Assembly: GCA_964639415.1 (NCBI GenBank)
Contig: CAZXDD010000003.1
Coordinates: 1-39,795 of the forward strand
Length of the DNA: 39,795 nucleotides
Source: an uncultured Armatimonadia bacterium
GTDB taxonomy: Bacteria > Armatimonadota > Zipacnadia > Zipacnadales > JABUFB01
Reading direction: 5' to 3'
In this document: positions 7,114 through 17,448 of the stretch, piece by piece
Numbering within the stretch: position 1 is the first letter of the stretch
Layout of the letters: every line of letters starts with the position of its first letter
Notes under the pieces: generated by a model
What the model was told of the DNA's origin: nothing
Seen by the model: the letters and a program-made list of their open reading frames with translations, nothing else
Database searches by the model: none
Translations under genes and position numbers: made by a program

Positions 7114-7402
7114 GCCTGACCTCCGGTACGTACCTGCCCCCACCCTGTGCGCCGGTGGGTAACGCCGCCTGCCGGAGGGTCTCCAGCAACTGGCGTACCA
7201 TCCGGCGAGCCGCCGGCTCTTCCGGCACGAAGGTGGCACGGTACGAGGGAGGCCGACAAGACGGCGCAGGGCGACGGCACGCAGATGCCGTCCCGGACCG
7301 CTCCGGCCGTTGTGGGGCCGCGACAGCGGCGCGGGGCACCCCGAGCGGAGGGCCCGTGCCGGCCGGGGCCCGCCGGCGGTCCCCGCGATTCCTCTGCGCC
7401 TG

Positions 7403-9070
7403 CTACTGCGCCGGCGCGGGCACCGTCCAGTGCGTACCGGCAATGTGTGTCACGTTCTGGTTGTCATTGAGGTAGTAGATGGTGAAGATCGTCCCGTCCT
7501 CGAGCTGCACAGACAGCGGGTAGCCGTTGTCTCCGCCATTGCCGGTGCCGTCGGCCCGGAGGATGATCTCGTTGGCCGTGTCCCAGGTGTGGCCGCCGTC
7601 AGCGCTCAGCACCGCCCGCACGCCCATGCCGTCGCGGCGGTAGCCGTAGGTGCACAGAAGCCGCCCCTCTCGCAGCAGGATCAGGTTCGATGGGTAGCCC
7701 CAAAACCCGCAGTCCTCCGGCTCACTCCACGTCTTCCCGCCGTCTTGGGAGAAGCACTGGTAGCTATTGTGGCTCTCCGGTGTGGGACGCATGACCGCGA
7801 TCAGCTCGCCCATGCCGTTTGCACAGACGGCGGTCTCATTGAACCCCAGATCGTCGCCTACCGGCAGCGCGACCGGGAGCACGTCCCAGGTTTCGCCGTT
7901 GTCCTCGGAGCGCACGGCCCACACCCCGGACAGGGCCTCAGGGCCATCGGCGCCGTAGATCACACAGAGCCACAGGTCGTTTTCGCGCACGAAGGAGCTG
8001 CTGTTGAAGGTCATCATCCCACCCTTGACCGGGCAGGGCAGTTCGATGACTTCCCGCGTGCCGTCGGGCTTGACTACGGTGACCTGCGGATCGCCGAGGT
8101 AGGCGACGGTACCCTCCTTCGCCTTCATCCAGTGTCGGCCGCGCTCCTTGATCTGTGGCAGCTCGGCTTCATCCACGTAGATCCAGCCCCGAGCGCCGGG
8201 GATCAGGACGGTGCCGTCCTCCCGCAGGTTCTGCGGCGGCGTGAAGGTCTCTTCGGTGGGCCGCCAGGTGCGTCCACCGTCGGCGGAGATCATCCGAGCG
8301 CTGCCGCCGGTGCCGTCGATGTGTGAACGCCGCACACGGGTGCCGAAACCGGTCACCAGGCGACCGTCATCCAGACGTGTCAGGGACGGGAAGCAGGCAT
8401 AGACGCCGGGCTTGTGGTAGATCACCACATCCTCGGCGCCATCCAGCCGCTTGGGCAGGGGCCCCGTGGAGGTGCGCACCTCCTTGTAGTAGGCCTCCGA
8501 GGTGGCGGCGCTGGAGATCGAGCCGAACACCACCACATTGCGCTTCTGATGGGCCGGGGCGGTGAGCAGTCCCCACCCGTCGATGACCGGCTCCCCATCC
8601 ACCCACACCTCGAAGTTCATCCCGCTGATGCGCAATTGATAGGTGTGGAAGTCGTCGGTGGTGTCCATCGCGTGGATGAGGCCGGAGCCTCCGCATTCGA
8701 CTCTGTCGGGGTACAGCGTGATGGATTCCTCGTGCACACCGTCGGCGGCCAGGAGGCAGACACCGGCCCTGGAGCTACAGGACACGACCTTCACCGTCGC
8801 CTGCACCAGCGCGCCGCGGTCCGGACGGGCGCCCCAGTTTCGCGAATACGAGCGCAGCTCACCATTGGCGGTGCCCGCGTCCACCAGGTGCAGGCCCTGC
8901 TCGGTGACCTCGGCCGAGGTGTTCGCGCCACCGCCGCCGCCCCACCCCGCATCTCCCGGGAGCTCCTGTGCCGTGTAAACGCCCGTCCAGTCAATCTGTG
9001 CCATCTGCAGTTGCCCCCATGAGACAGATGCGATGAGAACAAGCGCCATGGAACCCGCCGGAATGTGCAT
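7403..9070 (-). CDS. BNR/Asp-box repeat (sialidase-fold) protein with N-terminal concanavalin/LamG-like region
   Basis: 555 aa. Four Asp-boxes: SADGGRTW, SEDNGETW, SQDGGKTW, SADGGHTW. Signal-like N-terminus and AGGAGGG upstream of the ATG. Confidence 0.85.
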   Translation of the reverse strand: MHIPAGSMALVLIASVSWGQLQMAQIDWTGVYTAQELPGDAGWGGGGGANTSAEVTEQGLHLVDAGTANGELRSYSRNWGARPDRGALVQATVKVVSCSSRAGVCLLAADGVHEESITLYPDRVECGGSGLIHAMDTTDDFHTYQLRISGMNFEVWVDGEPVIDGWGLLTAPAHQKRNVVVFGSISSAATSEAYYKEVRTSTGPLPKRLDGAEDVVIYHKPGVYACFPSLTRLDDGRLVTGFGTRVRRSHIDGTGGSARMISADGGRTWRPTEETFTPPQNLREDGTVLIPGARGWIYVDEAELPQIKERGRHWMKAKEGTVAYLGDPQVTVVKPDGTREVIELPCPVKGGMMTFNSSSFVRENDLWLCVIYGADGPEALSGVWAVRSEDNGETWDVLPVALPVGDDLGFNETAVCANGMGELIAVMRPTPESHNSYQCFSQDGGKTWSEPEDCGFWGYPSNLILLREGRLLCTYGYRRDGMGVRAVLSADGGHTWDTANEIILRADGTGNGGDNGYPLSVQLEDGTIFTIYYLNDNQNVTHIAGTHWTVPAPAQ

Positions 9071-9315
9071 GTGACCTGTCCCTCCTGTACTCGAGAGATC
9101 GGGCGCGATGCCCGACGTGGTCGCCGCCGCGTAACGGATGTTAACAGCTTCCCCCTCGGACGCGCCGGCCCCTTCCGGCGGGGCATCATCCGGGCCTCAA
9201 TCACGGCGGCCCGGACTCCGATAACGACTCAGGCGCTCTCTCGGCGGGCGCTTCGAGTATCATCTCCCCCGGCGATCACCGCGCCGGGGCCTCCCACACC
9301 GATAGGCTCATTGCT

Positions 9316-11028
9316 ATGGCCCATGACTTGCTCACCCCCCGCTCGATCGCGCTGAAGCTCCCGAAGGCCCTGGACGGGCGCGAGCGCTGGCCCCTCCTAT
9401 GTGACGGCGTCCTGTGCCTGCTGGGGATCGACGAGGCCCAGATCGAGCAGGTCATGCGGCGTCGCTGGCTGGAGGGACTGGAGCAGTTGGCCGCCGGTGA
9501 GGGGAGCCAGGAGGCGGCGAGGATCGCCCTGGGTGCCGCACCGGTGGCGGCGGCGCTGAGCGGCGGCGAGACCGATCCCGCCTCTGCCGCCGTCGCCGAG
9601 GTCCTGCAGGCCTCGCTGGATCTCGGCCGCCGCCGCGCGGCAGGCCTGCACATTGCCCTCGAGGATGGGCGGATCCAGTCGGCCCAGGACGAGCACGCCG
9701 GGCGTTTCCTGGCCGACCTCCGGCGCGGCGAGCAGGCCCTCATCGAGGGACTCACCTCCGACCAGGCCCCCGGGCAGGCCTTCGCCACGGCCGCCGAAGC
9801 CCTGCACAGCGCCATCGATGCCTTCAAGCACGACCCGATCGCCCACTTCCTGCTGGGGTGGCTGGAGCTGCACCATGCCGCCGACCCCTTCAGTGCCCGC
9901 GCGACTTTCGAGCGGGCCGTGGGCTGTAGACGCGTGGATGCCGAGTTCCGCTGCCTCATCCTGCGCCACATCGCCTGTGCGCTGGACATGCTGGCCCACA
10001 GGGACCCGGGCCAGGCCGGGAACCTGCGCGAACAGGCCGCCAACGCCATCTCCGAAGCACTGACCATCGCCCCCGAGGACCCGGTTCTGCAGTGGGAGAC
10101 GGCCAGGCACTGCGCGGCCACGGGGCGACTGAGCAACGCCAAGCGCCTGCTCACCGAGGCCATGGCCGCCGACCCGGCGCTGGCCATCGAGGTCGCCCTC
10201 GATCCCGCCTTCACCGCCTACGAAGAGGACCTGCAGGAGGTGTTCCGTAACCTCAGGGAGCGCTCGCGCCGCACCGCTCAGGCCGCCATCCGACAGGCCG
10301 AGGCCATCGCCGAGGGGCTCCGCCAGATGTCTCTTGAGACCTCTTCACTGTCGGCGGGGCTACCAGACGACGCCGGAGATCCCGGCCCCGAGTACGCGAC
10401 GGACGGGCTCCCCGCGGACGAGCCCGACGGCCTCGAGGAACCGGAGAGCCTCGCGGGCCTGCACCTGGCGGAGGCCATGTTCTCGCAGGATAGTCATGTC
10501 TCGTGCGCGGCGGCCGCAAAGGTCGCCGACGAGGCACGGGGACTGCTTCTTCAGGAGGCCCACGACGTCTTCGGGCGACAACTGGAGGCGCTGTACCAGG
10601 AGCGCGAGCAAGTCGGCCTGGAGGCGGAGGAGGTGCTCCGGGCCGTGGCCCAACTGCCCGATGAAACCTGCCTGGAGCCACAGGAGCCCGGAGAGGAGGA
10701 TCGGCTCTTCACCCGACTGGCCACCGCCTTGCTCCGCGGCGCTCTCGCCATGGCTCTGGTCGCCGTGGCCTGCCTGGTCCTCGGCGGGCATCTGTGGCCC
10801 CTCGGGTGGACTCTGTTGGGGCTGTCGGCACTCATGTGCGTGCCGCAACTGATGCAGAGCATGGACCTGAGGCTCGGCTTGCCCGGCTGCGAGCCGGCCC
10901 AGGAGTCCATGGACCCGGAGGCGGCCCACCGCCTGCGTCTGGCCGCCGCCGACTACCAGGAGCAATTGGACGACATCGACGGTCGCATCGCCGAGGTTTC
11001 CGCGGTCCTGGCCCAGTTGGCGGCATAG
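9316..11028 (+). CDS. Hypothetical Ala/Leu/Glu-rich helical-repeat / coiled-coil protein with C-terminal TM segments
   Basis: 570-aa ORF with high GC3. The overlapping antisense ORFs are Ser/Arg/Ala-rich shadows. TPR-like helices (HFLLGWLELHHAADPFSARATFERAVG) and hydrophobic LRGALAMALVAVACLVLGG...LLGLSALMCV. Start uncertain. Confidence 0.6.
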   Translation: MAHDLLTPRSIALKLPKALDGRERWPLLCDGVLCLLGIDEAQIEQVMRRRWLEGLEQLAAGEGSQEAARIALGAAPVAAALSGGETDPASAAVAEVLQASLDLGRRRAAGLHIALEDGRIQSAQDEHAGRFLADLRRGEQALIEGLTSDQAPGQAFATAAEALHSAIDAFKHDPIAHFLLGWLELHHAADPFSARATFERAVGCRRVDAEFRCLILRHIACALDMLAHRDPGQAGNLREQAANAISEALTIAPEDPVLQWETARHCAATGRLSNAKRLLTEAMAADPALAIEVALDPAFTAYEEDLQEVFRNLRERSRRTAQAAIRQAEAIAEGLRQMSLETSSLSAGLPDDAGDPGPEYATDGLPADEPDGLEEPESLAGLHLAEAMFSQDSHVSCAAAAKVADEARGLLLQEAHDVFGRQLEALYQEREQVGLEAEEVLRAVAQLPDETCLEPQEPGEEDRLFTRLATALLRGALAMALVAVACLVLGGHLWPLGWTLLGLSALMCVPQLMQSMDLRLGLPGCEPAQESMDPEAAHRLRLAAADYQEQLDDIDGRIAEVSAVLAQLAA

Positions 11029-11264
11029 CGCCTGCGCGCCAGAGCCGCGTTCAGTTCGCAGAACCACCGAATCGTTGCTCGGTGCCCCGGGGCCGACGAG
11101 GCCATGGGTGCCGAGCGACGGCCGCCTTCGGCGACGGCGTTCCTCGGCGCAAGCCTGCTTGCCACTTCCTTCCCGTGCCGAGGACCCCGCCAAGGAATAC
11201 CTCCCCGCCACCCCGAATATGCTCCGGTCGGCCGACAGACTCCCTTCCTGGAGCGAACCCGACT

Positions 11265-12212
11265 ATGACACCACGCCAGGCCGCCATCGCGGCCCTCAAG
11301 CGCGAGAGACCCGACGCACTGGTACCTCACCTGGAGCTGGAGTTCCAACTCGCCGAGGAGTTGTGGGGGCCCGAGAAGCGCTCCCTGCGTGCGGAGCATC
11401 TGGAGGGCGTGACCGGCGCGGCCAGGCAGGATGCGCTCAAGCGGAATGCGCAGAACTGGGTGGACATCGCCAGACGGTACAAGTGGAACGTGATCACGGG
11501 CCTCCATTGGCTCTCGCTGGAGGACCAGTGCCGATCCTTCCGGTACATCCGGGAGATCTCCGGCGACGAGTTCATGCTCTCGGTCTTCGCGGACGGCACG
11601 TTCAGCATCCCCAGCGGCACCGATATGCTCGAGCACGTGATCTGGCTCACGGAACACACTCAGGAGGCTCTGCAGACCGCGGAGAACCACGCTCAGAATG
11701 CTATCGCCCATGTGAAGACGGCCGTCGAGGCGGGGGGCGAGGTGGTCATGATGTGCGCCGACTACTGCTTCAACGACGGCCCCTTCCTCTCCCCCACCAT
11801 GTTCCGACAGTTCGTGACCCCGTATCTGACTAAGGTCGTCGCGGCGATCCACGAGGCCGGTGCCTTCGCGGTCAAGCACACCGATGGGCAGATCATGCCC
11901 ATTCTCGACCAGATGGTGGACTCGGGCATCGATGCCCTGCACTCGCTGGACCCCATGGCGGGCGTGGACATCGCCGAGGTCAAGCGCCTGTACGGCGACA
12001 GAATCTGCCTGATCGGCAATGTCAACTGCGCCAGGGTGCAGGCGGGGACGAAGGAGGAGGTGCGGCAGAGCGCCGAGTATTGCCTGAAGCACGGCGGTGT
12101 GCAGCAGGGCGGGTATATCTACGCCACCAGCAACTGCATCTTCGAGGGCGTCCCCATCGAGAACTACGAGGAGATGCTGCGGGTACGCGAGGAGCTGGGC
12201 TATCCGGCCTAG
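11265..12212 (+). CDS. Uroporphyrinogen decarboxylase (URO-D)/MtaA-like family protein
   Basis: Trimmed to ATG 11265, which has GGAG upstream. The C-terminal half resembles the URO-D fold (FVTPYLTKVVAAIHEAGAFAVKHTDGQIMPILDQMVDSGIDALHSLDP...RICLIGNVN). Confidence 0.65.
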   Translation: MTPRQAAIAALKRERPDALVPHLELEFQLAEELWGPEKRSLRAEHLEGVTGAARQDALKRNAQNWVDIARRYKWNVITGLHWLSLEDQCRSFRYIREISGDEFMLSVFADGTFSIPSGTDMLEHVIWLTEHTQEALQTAENHAQNAIAHVKTAVEAGGEVVMMCADYCFNDGPFLSPTMFRQFVTPYLTKVVAAIHEAGAFAVKHTDGQIMPILDQMVDSGIDALHSLDPMAGVDIAEVKRLYGDRICLIGNVNCARVQAGTKEEVRQSAEYCLKHGGVQQGGYIYATSNCIFEGVPIENYEEMLRVREELGYPA

Positions 12213-12242
12213 CGCCGGCGAACGTCACCAGGGAGGTGCAGC

Positions 12243-14891
12243 ATGCGCAACTGGCCCGCCATGGCGGTCGTCGCCATCTTCCTTCTCCAGGCCTCGGTCT
12301 CGAGGGCGCAGGAAGCCGCCGACGCCGTGCCGGCGTACTCGGCTCTCGAGATCCCCGTGCCTGTGGAGGGGCAACTCGACAACCCGTATGACCCGGAGGA
12401 GATCGCCATCGCGGCGGACTTCTTTACCCCCTCGGGCCGGACGCTGCGGGTGCCCGGCTTCTACAAGGTCGACTGCGATATCCAGTGGATACCGCGCGCC
12501 GAGCGTCTTGCTCAGGTGCGCCTGTTGAAGGTGTTCGCCTCCGGGGATTCGTGGCGCGGCGGGCATCTGTTGTCTTACATCCTCGACGACGTCCGCCTGC
12601 TCAGGGCCGACGGCACCGAGCTGATTCTGGGCGATTTCGAGCAGGAGGACCCGCGCTGGTCCGCGACCGGAGCGCCGCCCACCTTGCAGGAGCAGATCGT
12701 CCACTCCGGCTCGCGGGCAATGCGGGTGGACTTTGACGATGAGGCGCTCAAGAGCTGGCCCGGAATCGCCCTGAGCATGGCCGGCGATGACTGGAGCCAG
12801 TTCGAGCAGTTGCGCTTCGCTATCTACCCGCTGACGAACCACAGCAAGGGCACGGTGCATGCCGAGCTCTACGCCGGGAAGGATGAGAAGCTGTCGGCGG
12901 CTTTCCCGGTCGGAGAGGGGGGCCTTAGGCCCAATGCGTGGAACGCCGTGTCCTGGGACCTGACCTCCATCGGCGACCGTAAGCGGGCCACGCCCCGGGA
13001 CGAGGGCGGGTTTCTGGTGCGGTTCTGCCCCTCGGAGACGGGGCACTACAGCTACCGGGCCTTCGACGAGAAAGCTCCGGAACGCACCCTGGCTGAAGGG
13101 ACCTTCGAGGTGACCGCCTCCGACAGCCCCGGCTTTGTGCGCATCGCCGACCCGAGCGACACTTTCCTGACGCGGGACGACGGCACCCCTCTGGTGCTCA
13201 TCGGCGAGAACATGTGCTGGCACACCAAGGGTGGCGTGGAGGACTACGACCGCTGGCTGCCCAAGCTCGCGGCCGCCGGGGGCAACTACATCCGGGTCTG
13301 GATGGGCCCGTGGGCGCTGGGGATCGAATGGGATGAGCTGGGGCGCTACCAGCAGGACCGGGCCGGAGACCTGGATTACGTGCTCGGGCTGTGCCGCAGG
13401 CTGGGGGTCACCGTCCAGTTGTGCCTGGACTATCACGGTTTCCTGCGCTCGTCGGGGGGCACGTGGCGAACCTCGCCCTACAGCGCGGCCCGTGGCGGGC
13501 CCTGTGCCACGCCGCGCGACTTCATGGCCGACCCGGAGGTCCGCCGCCAATACGCCAAGCGCCTGCGCTATGTAGTTGCCCGCTACGGGGCCTATGACAA
13601 CCTGCTGGCCTGGGAGCTATGGAATGAGGTGACCTACATCGACGGCTACGACTCCGACCTGGTGGCCGACTGGCATCAGGAGATGGCCCGCTATCTGCGG
13701 GCGGTGGACCCCTATGACCATATCATCACCACCAGTTTCGGCGGCGGCCCGGGAGACGAGAAGGTCTGGGCCCTGCCCGAGATGGAGTTCACCCAGAACC
13801 ACACCTACAGTGGATTGGACAAGGCGCAGGAGGTGCTGGACTGGGCGAAGCACTTCCGGGGCAAGTACGGCAAGCCGTTCCTGGTGGGCGAGTTCGGCGT
13901 CGGCGGCGGAGGGGGCGAGAGCGAGCAGCGCGACCCGACCGGTCTGCACCTGCACAATGGCGCGTGGGTCGGGGTGCTTTCCGGGAGCATGGGGACGGCC
14001 ATGACCTGGTGGTGGGACAGCTACGTGGAAGACGGGGACATGTACCGCCACCTGCAGCCGGTTGCGCGCTACGCCACGGACCTGCCGGCGGACGCCCGCC
14101 CCATCGCCGACGAGCGCTTCGCGGTGGCCTACGCCGACGAGCGAACGCCGCCCACCTACGGCGATGTCGCCATCGCGCCGACCCAGGGCTCCTGGCAGGC
14201 CGCGGAGTACAATGCCCCGCGCACGGTGAAAGTGGGCCCGGACGGCACGGTGGAGGGCGGCGAGCACCTGGCGAAGGTCATGCACGGGACCCGCAACCAT
14301 CCACAGCTACACAACCCGGTGACCTTCCAGGTGAACTATCCCGTGGCCGGGAGTTTCGTGGTGGGTGTGGGTGCCGTCTCGGGCCACGGAGGCGCGGGCC
14401 TGAGGATCGGCCTCGACGGGCGCGTCCTGGTGGACGAGAGCTTCCCGGACGATGATGACTCGACCAACACCCTGGAGCAGTACAACGGCGACTACGCCAT
14501 TGCCGTGCCCGCCGGCGAGCACAGCATCCTCGTCCAGAACCCCGGCAATGACTGGCTGCATGTGGCGTACCGGCTAGAGAGGTACGTCCCGCGGCCCGCG
14601 CCGCACCTGCGGGTCATCGGGCTGGAGGCGCCGGGCGCGTGGTGGCTGTGGGCGCAAAGCCGCGACTCCACCTGGCACCGGGAGATGGTCAAGAAGTCCC
14701 CACCCGAACCTCTTGGCCCCACCGTCGTCAGCCTCAGTGGCATGGCGGATGGCCGGTACGAGGTCCGCTGGTGGGATAGCTGGACCGGCGAGGTCACGGG
14801 GCCGGAGCAGGTACGGGCGGAGGGCGGGGCCCTGCAACTGCGCCTGCCCGAGTTAGCGCGCGACGTGGCCTGCAAGATCCGGCGCAGGTAG
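12243..14891 (+). CDS. GH5-like glycoside hydrolase with DUF5060-like N-terminal domain
   Basis: 882 aa. Signal peptide. DUF5060-like NPYDPEEIAIAADFFTPSGRTLRVPGFY. TIM-barrel motifs NYIRVWMGPW, WELWNE (acid/base) and FLVGEFG (nucleophile). GGGAGG upstream. Confidence 0.75.
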   Translation: MRNWPAMAVVAIFLLQASVSRAQEAADAVPAYSALEIPVPVEGQLDNPYDPEEIAIAADFFTPSGRTLRVPGFYKVDCDIQWIPRAERLAQVRLLKVFASGDSWRGGHLLSYILDDVRLLRADGTELILGDFEQEDPRWSATGAPPTLQEQIVHSGSRAMRVDFDDEALKSWPGIALSMAGDDWSQFEQLRFAIYPLTNHSKGTVHAELYAGKDEKLSAAFPVGEGGLRPNAWNAVSWDLTSIGDRKRATPRDEGGFLVRFCPSETGHYSYRAFDEKAPERTLAEGTFEVTASDSPGFVRIADPSDTFLTRDDGTPLVLIGENMCWHTKGGVEDYDRWLPKLAAAGGNYIRVWMGPWALGIEWDELGRYQQDRAGDLDYVLGLCRRLGVTVQLCLDYHGFLRSSGGTWRTSPYSAARGGPCATPRDFMADPEVRRQYAKRLRYVVARYGAYDNLLAWELWNEVTYIDGYDSDLVADWHQEMARYLRAVDPYDHIITTSFGGGPGDEKVWALPEMEFTQNHTYSGLDKAQEVLDWAKHFRGKYGKPFLVGEFGVGGGGGESEQRDPTGLHLHNGAWVGVLSGSMGTAMTWWWDSYVEDGDMYRHLQPVARYATDLPADARPIADERFAVAYADERTPPTYGDVAIAPTQGSWQAAEYNAPRTVKVGPDGTVEGGEHLAKVMHGTRNHPQLHNPVTFQVNYPVAGSFVVGVGAVSGHGGAGLRIGLDGRVLVDESFPDDDDSTNTLEQYNGDYAIAVPAGEHSILVQNPGNDWLHVAYRLERYVPRPAPHLRVIGLEAPGAWWLWAQSRDSTWHREMVKKSPPEPLGPTVVSLSGMADGRYEVRWWDSWTGEVTGPEQVRAEGGALQLRLPELARDVACKIRRR

Positions 14892-14953
14892 GCCGGCCGC
14901 GGCCGATCGCCGTGCCCATCCACCGTGCCATCCCTCCAAGGAGGTCCTGACCG

Positions 14954-17164
14954 ATGGATACGTTCCCATTGCCCGGCGCGCTGGCACTCATCGTGGTCTC
15001 AACGGTGGTGTTCGGCGCCTTGCCCGCCGACGCTCAGGACGCGGCCGTGGAGCCGGCGGCCAGGATACGTCCCGATCACCCGCGGCTGTTTGTGAACCGC
15101 GACCAGTGGCCGGCAATCCGCGACCGGGCGCTGACCGTCGGCCGCGAGCACTATGAAGCCCTGCGCAAGCACGCCGCGAGCACCCCGCGCATCTTCGAGT
15201 GGACCGAGTTTCCCCTCCGCGAGCCCCGTCCGGGGTCCGATGTGGCGGTGGCCGACTGGGGCGCTCAACTCATGTCGCTGGCCTTCGTCTACCGCATGGA
15301 GCCCTCGGAAGACCTGCTACAGGAGATCAAGCACAAGCTCCAGGCGAGCCTGGACTTCTACCACGCGGCCTATGAGGACAAGAAGGCGGTGAGCTGGTAT
15401 GGCCGCAGCCGCGTGGGCTGGCTCACCGCCTTCGACTGGGTCTTTGAGGACCTCACACCGGAGGAGCGCCGGACTCTGGGCGAGAGCATGCTCTCGCACG
15501 TGGACGACATCTTCAACCTGACCGGGATCGTGCGGCGGAACATGGGCGGCTACGGCTCCGGCTACTACGGCGCCGACAGCGTGGCGCTGTACGCCGGGAT
15601 CGCGTTTCTGGGCGCAGGGATCGACGACGAGGCGGCGCAGGGGCTTGTCAAGCGCGGTTACGACACCTACCAAAAGCTCCTGGCGCACCGTGCCGAGTCC
15701 TGCGGCGACGACGGGGGCGCGGCCTCGGTCACCGTCACGTACTCCTTCGTGGAGTACCCCTGGGCGGAGTGGAGCTTCCTGCATGCCTGGAAGGCGGCCA
15801 CCGGTGAGGACCCGGCCGCCGACTGGCCGCACATCGGCTGGATCTGCAACTACATGCTGTGGAACTGGCTACCGGGGAACCACGAGTACGGCTATGGCGA
15901 CACCCCGCACCTGACCAACAACTTCCCCTCCGGCCATCTGTACAACCACATGTCGCATATCATGCACCTGTACCACGGCTCGCACCCGGAACTGGCGGCC
16001 CTGGCCCACCACGTACGGGAGAAGGCCGGGGGCGGGTTCCTCCCCGCCTACTTCGGCCTCTACCCGCTCTTGCTCACCGATCTTGAGAAGGCTCCGCCGC
16101 CGTTGGACCCGGGCCTTCTGCCACCGGCGCGACACTTCGAGAAGATGGGGCAGGTGTTCATGCGCTCCGGGCCGGGGGAGGACGACACCTACGCCCTCTT
16201 CGCCTGCGGCGGCATCACGGGCAACCACCGGCACTATGACGCCACCCATTTCACCATCTACAAGAGGGGCTTCCTGGCCCTGGACACCGGCACCCGCGCC
16301 GGCAACCCGGACAACCTGCAGAACTACTACGCCCAGACCATCGCCCACAACTGCATCCTCATCAAGATGCCCGGCGAGCCGCCCTCTCCCTACTGGAACG
16401 GCGAGGTGTTCCAGCAGGCGGGGGGGCAGAACAAACAGGTGGGGGCGCAGGTAGTGGCCTTCGAGACCGGCCCGGAGTTCACCTACGTGGCCGGCGATGC
16501 CACGCCGCAGTACAACGCCGAGAAGTGCGCCCTGATGGTGCGCCAGTTCGTCTTCGTTCCTCCCGACCACTTCGTCGTCTTCGACCGCGCGGTCTCCACG
16601 CAGGCCGAGTTTGCCAAGACCTGGCTTCTACATCACGCCAATGAGCCCACTTTGGAGGGCAATACCTGGCATTCGGACCAGGACCGCGGGCGGATCTTCT
16701 GCCGCACCCTCCTGCCTGCCGACGCCGTCCTGGAGAAGGTCGGAGGGCCGGGCAAGGAGTTCCTCGTCGAGGGCGTCAACTACCCCATCGACCAGGGGCC
16801 CTCGGAGTACATCATCAACCGCGGCGACGCGACTCGGGCGGTGAAGTACGAGGAGGTGCCCGAGCTGATGGGACGCTGGCGCATGGAGGTGCGACCGGGC
16901 GCCGCGCGCACCTCGGACGTCTTCTTGCACCTGATCCAGGTGGGCGACCAGGAGCCGGCCGCCATGGGCCGGGCCGAGGCGGCCGTGGAGGGCGACACGG
17001 CGAGGCTCAGCTTCGACGCGGGGGACCGCCTGGTCTCCCTGAGCCTGAACACCACCGGACCGATCGGCGGCCACATTCAGATCATCCGCGAAGACGGCGT
17101 GCTGGTGGACCGACCGCTGACGAGTGAAGTGATGCCGCAGCAGTGGCTGGCCACGCTACAGTAG
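14954..17164 (+). CDS. Heparinase II/III-like (polysaccharide lyase-type) protein
   Basis: 736 aa. Signal peptide. GNHRHYDATHFTIYKRGFLALDTGTR and IAHNCILI are typical of the heparinase II/III C-terminal domain. AGGAGG upstream. Confidence 0.75.
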   Translation: MDTFPLPGALALIVVSTVVFGALPADAQDAAVEPAARIRPDHPRLFVNRDQWPAIRDRALTVGREHYEALRKHAASTPRIFEWTEFPLREPRPGSDVAVADWGAQLMSLAFVYRMEPSEDLLQEIKHKLQASLDFYHAAYEDKKAVSWYGRSRVGWLTAFDWVFEDLTPEERRTLGESMLSHVDDIFNLTGIVRRNMGGYGSGYYGADSVALYAGIAFLGAGIDDEAAQGLVKRGYDTYQKLLAHRAESCGDDGGAASVTVTYSFVEYPWAEWSFLHAWKAATGEDPAADWPHIGWICNYMLWNWLPGNHEYGYGDTPHLTNNFPSGHLYNHMSHIMHLYHGSHPELAALAHHVREKAGGGFLPAYFGLYPLLLTDLEKAPPPLDPGLLPPARHFEKMGQVFMRSGPGEDDTYALFACGGITGNHRHYDATHFTIYKRGFLALDTGTRAGNPDNLQNYYAQTIAHNCILIKMPGEPPSPYWNGEVFQQAGGQNKQVGAQVVAFETGPEFTYVAGDATPQYNAEKCALMVRQFVFVPPDHFVVFDRAVSTQAEFAKTWLLHHANEPTLEGNTWHSDQDRGRIFCRTLLPADAVLEKVGGPGKEFLVEGVNYPIDQGPSEYIINRGDATRAVKYEEVPELMGRWRMEVRPGAARTSDVFLHLIQVGDQEPAAMGRAEAAVEGDTARLSFDAGDRLVSLSLNTTGPIGGHIQIIREDGVLVDRPLTSEVMPQQWLATLQ

Positions 17165-17448
17165 TTGGTGGCCGGCGGTGGTGCGTTCCCGAGAGGAGAC
17201 CCTGCCATGGCTGTGCGGTGCCCTCTGTTGTGCCTGGCGTTGGGCGTGCTCGCCGTGCAGGCGCGGGGCAAAGGCCACTCGTGTGTGTCTGGACAGGATG
17301 ACCGCCGCCCGGGCGGGCCGGGAAGTCACTCCGCGGTTGTCCGCCAACAGCCGCCATGGCGGCGCCGACACATGCCAACCGGCCCGGCAGACAGGCTCAC
17401 AGACGCCCCCTCAGCCAGGGGGCGATGAACGAGGCAAGGAGCACGGAC

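Noticed and set aside
7114-7443. Arg-rich N-terminal extensions of ORFs in the track. The same pattern occurs at 10794..11264, 30701..30946, 32418..32636, 17356..17448, 35817..35924 and 22810..22926.
   Set aside because: In each case an internal Met is preceded by a GGAGG-like motif and followed by a signal peptide or the first conserved domain residues. The extensions look like translated intergenic DNA.
17207-17428. Small ORF (73 aa, MAVRCPLLCLALGVLAVQARG...) with a GAGGAG upstream and a signal-peptide-like start, in the gap before the DUF4091-like gene.
   Set aside because: After the hydrophobic start the sequence is low-complexity Arg/Pro/Gly. It cannot be distinguished from a chance ORF without conservation or expression data.
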